Below are positions 28,901 to 32,000 of a DNA stretch of 32,000 nt, piece after piece. Position numbers and translations under genes: made by a program. The notes beneath the pieces were generated by a model. That model did not search any database, was not told the origin of the DNA, and saw only the letters and a program-made list of their open reading frames with translations. Source of the DNA: Saccharolobus solfataricus (lineage in GTDB: Archaea; Thermoproteota; Thermoprotei_A; Sulfolobales; Sulfolobaceae); contig NZ_LT549890.1 of the NCBI RefSeq assembly GCF_900079115.1, positions 2,250,001 to 2,282,000 on the forward strand, written 5' to 3'. Position 1 is the stretch's first letter, and each line of letters starts with the position of its first letter.

Positions 28901-29316
28901 TTTATCACCCTTTCCTTTATACAATTAAATAAGTCATTGATTATCTTCTCCACCGCACTTCCCATTAACCTTGCGCCTACTGAGGCTAAAACTCCAGCTA
29001 CTTTCACATCTGCTGAATAGTTTATCTTACCATCTAGGGCCTCGGCTATTGCATCTATATCTACATTACTATTCATTCCTGTACCCTTAGCGATGATTTT
29101 TCTTTTATTATCATCTATCTTCTCAAATCTCACATTCGCCCTATATTCTCCTTTTATGAATCCAATCCCAGTTACTCCTACTACCTTATACTCTTCACCT
29201 TCCTTACTGAAACTCTTTATCCCCGGAAAACATTGTGCAACTTGATCTGGATTATCCAATAGTTTCAGAATTTGATCCTTAGTTGCGTTTATGCTAATTG
29301 AACCCTCATATTTCAT
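28897..29316 (-). CDS. CoxG-like SRPBCC protein (carbon monoxide dehydrogenase subunit G family)
   Basis: MKYEGSISINATKDQILKLLDNPDQVAQCFPG...GIGFIKGEYRANVRFEKID...VAGVLASVGARLM is the CoxG family pattern. Confidence 0.75.
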   Translation of the reverse strand: MKYEGSISINATKDQILKLLDNPDQVAQCFPGIKSFSKEGEEYKVVGVTGIGFIKGEYRANVRFEKIDDNKRKIIAKGTGMNSNVDIDAIAEALDGKINYSADVKVAGVLASVGARLMGSAVEKIINDLFNCIKERVIK

Positions 29317-29342
29317 AAGTAACAGTTAGAATAGTAGTATAT

Positions 29343-29912
29343 ATGAATATAGGAGTCATTATTTTGGCGGCAGGGGAGGGAAAGAGGTTTGGAGGAGATA
29401 AATTACTAGCAAAAATCGATAATACGCCTATAATTATGAGAACTATTAGAATTTATGGAGATTTAGAAAAGATCATTATTGTAGGTAAATATGTTAATGA
29501 AATGCTTCCCTTACTTATGGATCAAATAGTCATATATAATCCATTTTGGAATGAAGGGATAAGCACGTCACTAAAGCTTGGGTTGAGATTTTTCAAGGAC
29601 TATGACGCTGTACTGGTAGCACTGGGTGATATGCCATTTGTAACTAAAGAGGATGTTAATAAGATAATTAACACGTTTAAGCCAAATTGTAAGGCAGTAA
29701 TTCCAACACATAAAGGAGAAAGGGGAAACCCAGTATTAATTTCCAAAAGTTTATTTAACGAGATTGAAAAACTAAGAGGAGATGTTGGGGCTAGGGTTAT
29801 ATTAAATAAAATAAAGATAGAAGAATTGTGTTTCATAGAATGCAGTGAAGGTGTTTTAATAGATATAGATAAAAAAGAGGACTTAATGCGCCTTAGGGAT
29901 TTCCATCCTTAA
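29343..29912 (+). CDS. MobA/MocA-like molybdenum cofactor nucleotidyltransferase
   Basis: N-terminal [19 protein letters not shown], with later ALGDMPFV and GNPVLI motifs. Confidence 0.75.
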   Translation: MNIGVIILAAGEGKRFGGDKLLAKIDNTPIIMRTIRIYGDLEKIIIVGKYVNEMLPLLMDQIVIYNPFWNEGISTSLKLGLRFFKDYDAVLVALGDMPFVTKEDVNKIINTFKPNCKAVIPTHKGERGNPVLISKSLFNEIEKLRGDVGARVILNKIKIEELCFIECSEGVLIDIDKKEDLMRLRDFHP

Positions 29913-30398
29913 TTTTTCGGATGCTAATTTCACTGCTTCAATGATGTTTTGGTATCCCGTGCATCTACACAAATTACCAGAGATTCCTTCTCTAATCTCT
30001 TCCTCTGTGGGATTCGGATTCTCTTTGAGTAGCCAATAGGCTTCCATTATCATACCCGGGGTGCAATATCCACACTGTAAACCATGTTTCTCCCAAAATG
30101 CCTCTTGAATTGGGTGTAGTTTACCATCTTTCGCTAATCCCTCTATAGTTGTTATTTCTGCTCCATCTGCCTCTACAGCCAATATTGTACACGATTTAAC
30201 ACTTCTTCCGTCCATAATTACAGTGCATGCCCCACAATTGCTTGTATCACAACCAATGTGAACACCAGTAAATCCTAATTCTCTAAGCACATGAACTAGT
30301 AGCCTTCTAGGCTCTGTTTCAACTTCATAATCTTGTCCATTTACCTTTAGGTGAACTTTTACTTTTTGATCTTTCTCAAACACTTTCATGTATATCAC
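29883..30398 (-). CDS. Molybdenum hydroxylase (xanthine dehydrogenase/CO-DH/aldehyde oxidoreductase family) small [2Fe-2S] subunit
   Basis: [11 protein letters not shown] and CGYCTPG...CRCTGY, the two 2Fe-2S cluster motifs. Confidence 0.9.
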   Translation of the reverse strand: MIYMKVFEKDQKVKVHLKVNGQDYEVETEPRRLLVHVLRELGFTGVHIGCDTSNCGACTVIMDGRSVKSCTILAVEADGAEITTIEGLAKDGKLHPIQEAFWEKHGLQCGYCTPGMIMEAYWLLKENPNPTEEEIREGISGNLCRCTGYQNIIEAVKLASEKLRMEIPKAH

Positions 30399-31231
30399 CT
30401 ATTTAGAGCAGCCAAAATTGCTCTCTTAGTCATAACTTTTACCATTTTCTTTTTATATTCTGCTGATCCCCTTATATCGGAAGTAGGATTGGCGTAGTCC
30501 ATCGCCTTTGTAGCAGCTTCTTCTATTAATTTTTCTGATATCTTGCCAGATAATAGTATTTTCTCAGCTTCACTTGCTCTTACTGCAGTTTTGTTTACAG
30601 CCGTTAAACCTATTCTTGCATCTTCTATTACGTCACCATTTACCTTCAGTGCAACAGCAACTCCTACAATTGCAAAGTCTCCAGCTCTCCTCTCTAATTT
30701 CTGATAGGAGAACTTATAATCCTTAAGTAGGGGAACTTCTATCTCTGTAACTAATTCACCTGGATTCAAATCTGGTGTAAACATATCCTTGGCGAATGAG
30801 GAAAAGTTCTCCACTCTTTCTCCTTTGGTACTTCTAATCCTTACCTTTGCATTCATGGCAATCAATGCAGCTGGATAATCCGCTGAAGGATCTAAATGCG
30901 ATATACTACCACCTATGGTTCCCATGTTTCTGACTTGTGGATCTGCTATTTTAGATGCAGTTTCACTTAGTAATGGGATGTTAGCCTTTATTATATCGTA
31001 ATGAGTAACTATAGGTCCTATTTTTACTACATTTCCTTCCATTTTAATATATTTCAACTCTGGCAATCTCCTTATCTCAACTAAATATGATGGTCTGAAT
31101 ATTCTCAACTTCAACATTGGTATCAAACTATGACCTCCAGCTAATGGTTTAGCGTCATCGTGAGTCTCTAGAAACTCTAGAGCCTCTTTTACATTATCTG
31201 GAATTACGTAACTAAACTTTGGTGGATACAC
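30395..31231 (-). CDS. Molybdenum hydroxylase medium FAD-binding subunit (CoxM/CutB-like)
   Basis: [23 protein letters not shown] and the CO-DH flavoprotein C-terminal domain. Its stop overlaps the small-subunit start. Confidence 0.9.
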   Translation of the reverse strand: MYPPKFSYVIPDNVKEALEFLETHDDAKPLAGGHSLIPMLKLRIFRPSYLVEIRRLPELKYIKMEGNVVKIGPIVTHYDIIKANIPLLSETASKIADPQVRNMGTIGGSISHLDPSADYPAALIAMNAKVRIRSTKGERVENFSSFAKDMFTPDLNPGELVTEIEVPLLKDYKFSYQKLERRAGDFAIVGVAVALKVNGDVIEDARIGLTAVNKTAVRASEAEKILLSGKISEKLIEEAATKAMDYANPTSDIRGSAEYKKKMVKVMTKRAILAALNR

Positions 31232-31320
31232 ATCCTAAATATTTGTTAGACCTTTATATACTTAGCTCTTATACTTTTAATACCTAAACAAAAACATATA
31301 CCAGACTTATTAGATTTATA

Positions 31321-31458
31321 CTATTTTTTAACATATTTTTCTGGTCTTTTTTTGAATTCTGCCATACACATGGGGCTACAGAAATAGTATACATTTCCTT
31401 TATAATTGAATGAGTAAGGCTTCCGTCTTATCTCATCTCCACACACAGTGCATTTCAT
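31321..31458 (-). CDS. TRASH/YHS-type metal-binding mini-protein (45 aa); not in the supplied ORF track
   Basis: Own translation: [45 protein letters not shown]. It has CxxC-x20-CxxxC spacing, as in TRASH domains. It starts 5 nt after the SUMT stop. Confidence 0.5.
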   Translation of the reverse strand: MKCTVCGDEIRRKPYSFNYKGNVYYFCSPMCMAEFKKRPEKYVKK

Positions 31459-31463
31459 CTTTA

Positions 31464-32000
31464 TCACTTAAATTTCCATAAGTATTCCCTAAATTTAACT
31501 ACTTCGCCAATTACAATAACCGCTGGAGACGTTACATTATTACTTCTGACAATGTTAACTAGGTCCTTTAACTCCCCAGTAAAAACTCTCTGGTTTTCTG
31601 TAGTTCCATTTTCAATTACAGCGACTGGTTCTCTTTCATTTCTTAATTTTATTAGAATATTAACCATATTTTCTATCTTCCTAAGACCCATAAGTATTAC
31701 CAGCGTACCTTTTCTTGGTATGTAATCTTCATCTATCAATTTATCTTCTGCTTTTGTTCCAGATATTATAGTAAATCCACTTGCTGAGTAAATTCTACTG
31801 GTCACAGGGATTCCTGCATAAGCGGGAACAGCAATTGCACTAGTTATCCCGGGAATTACCTCACACTCTATACCTTTGGATATAACGTATAAACATTCCT
31901 CTTCTCCCCTACCTAAAACATATGGGTCTCCTCCTTTTAATCTAACAACTACTTTATTTTCCATCGCCTTCTTTACTAGTAACTCATTTATCTCATCTTG
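31464..32000 (-). CDS. cobA: Uroporphyrinogen-III C-methyltransferase (SUMT, CobA/SirA-like); N-terminus beyond the window
   Basis: [18 protein letters not shown]...[20 protein letters not shown]. The frame stays open upstream of the track Met ([16 protein letters not shown]...) to the window end. Confidence 0.85.
   Translation of the reverse strand, partial: QDEINELLVKKAMENKVVVRLKGGDPYVLGRGEEECLYVISKGIECEVIPGITSAIAVPAYAGIPVTSRIYSASGFTIISGTKAEDKLIDEDYIPRKGTLVILMGLRKIENMVNILIKLRNEREPVAVIENGTTENQRVFTGELKDLVNIVRSNNVTSPAVIVIGEVVKFREYLWKFK

Overview
The window is AT-rich (about one-third G+C by eye) and very gene-dense, with about 45 genes on both strands. Many genes share 4-nt ATGA start/stop overlaps, and several convergent pairs overlap at their 3' ends. 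The gene content is archaeal. It includes pantoate kinase plus phosphopantothenate synthetase, MptE-type pterin kinase, methylmalonyl-CoA mutase/epimerase, a stand-alone ZPR1 finger, TRASH and CoxM/S/G modules. Together with TATA-like boxes about 25 nt from start codons, this suggests a core chromosomal region of a Sulfolobales crenarchaeon (Sulfolobus/Saccharolobus-like); that assignment is inference. The region is rich in cofactor and central-metabolism genes:
- thiamine (ThiD)
- molybdopterin (a MoaD-MoaE fusion and a MocA-like gene)
- CoA (PoK, PPS, PanB)
- a pterin/folate-like cluster (MptE, PTPS/QueD-like, DHPS-like)
- siroheme/B12 (SUMT)
- TrxR, an IMPase-family gene, a purine PRTase, Hsp20, an ABC-2 exporter and a membrane-anchored double AAA+ ATPase

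I found no rRNA, tRNA, CRISPR array, transposase, integrase or long repeat. I do not see a clear-cut new multi-gene defence system. The most interesting items are listed here.
1. An unannotated C/D-box-like sRNA sits in the only GC-rich intergenic island. It carries a 12-nt guide that is perfectly antisense to conserved archaeal 16S rRNA.
2. A 68-72 aa ThiS/MoaD-like mini-protein ends in Gly-Gly. It is wedged between a degenerate NTase-HEPN pair and MptE.
3. Three sub-60-aa ORFs are missing from the supplied track: an RHH protein, a TM peptide coupled to a CrtI-like oxidoreductase, and a TRASH mini-protein.
4. Two genes have reading-frame anomalies: an IPMS-family gene with no in-frame start, and a CoxG paralogue split at an A7 run.
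5. A ZPR1-type finger gene is divergently paired with an EF1A-like GTPase.
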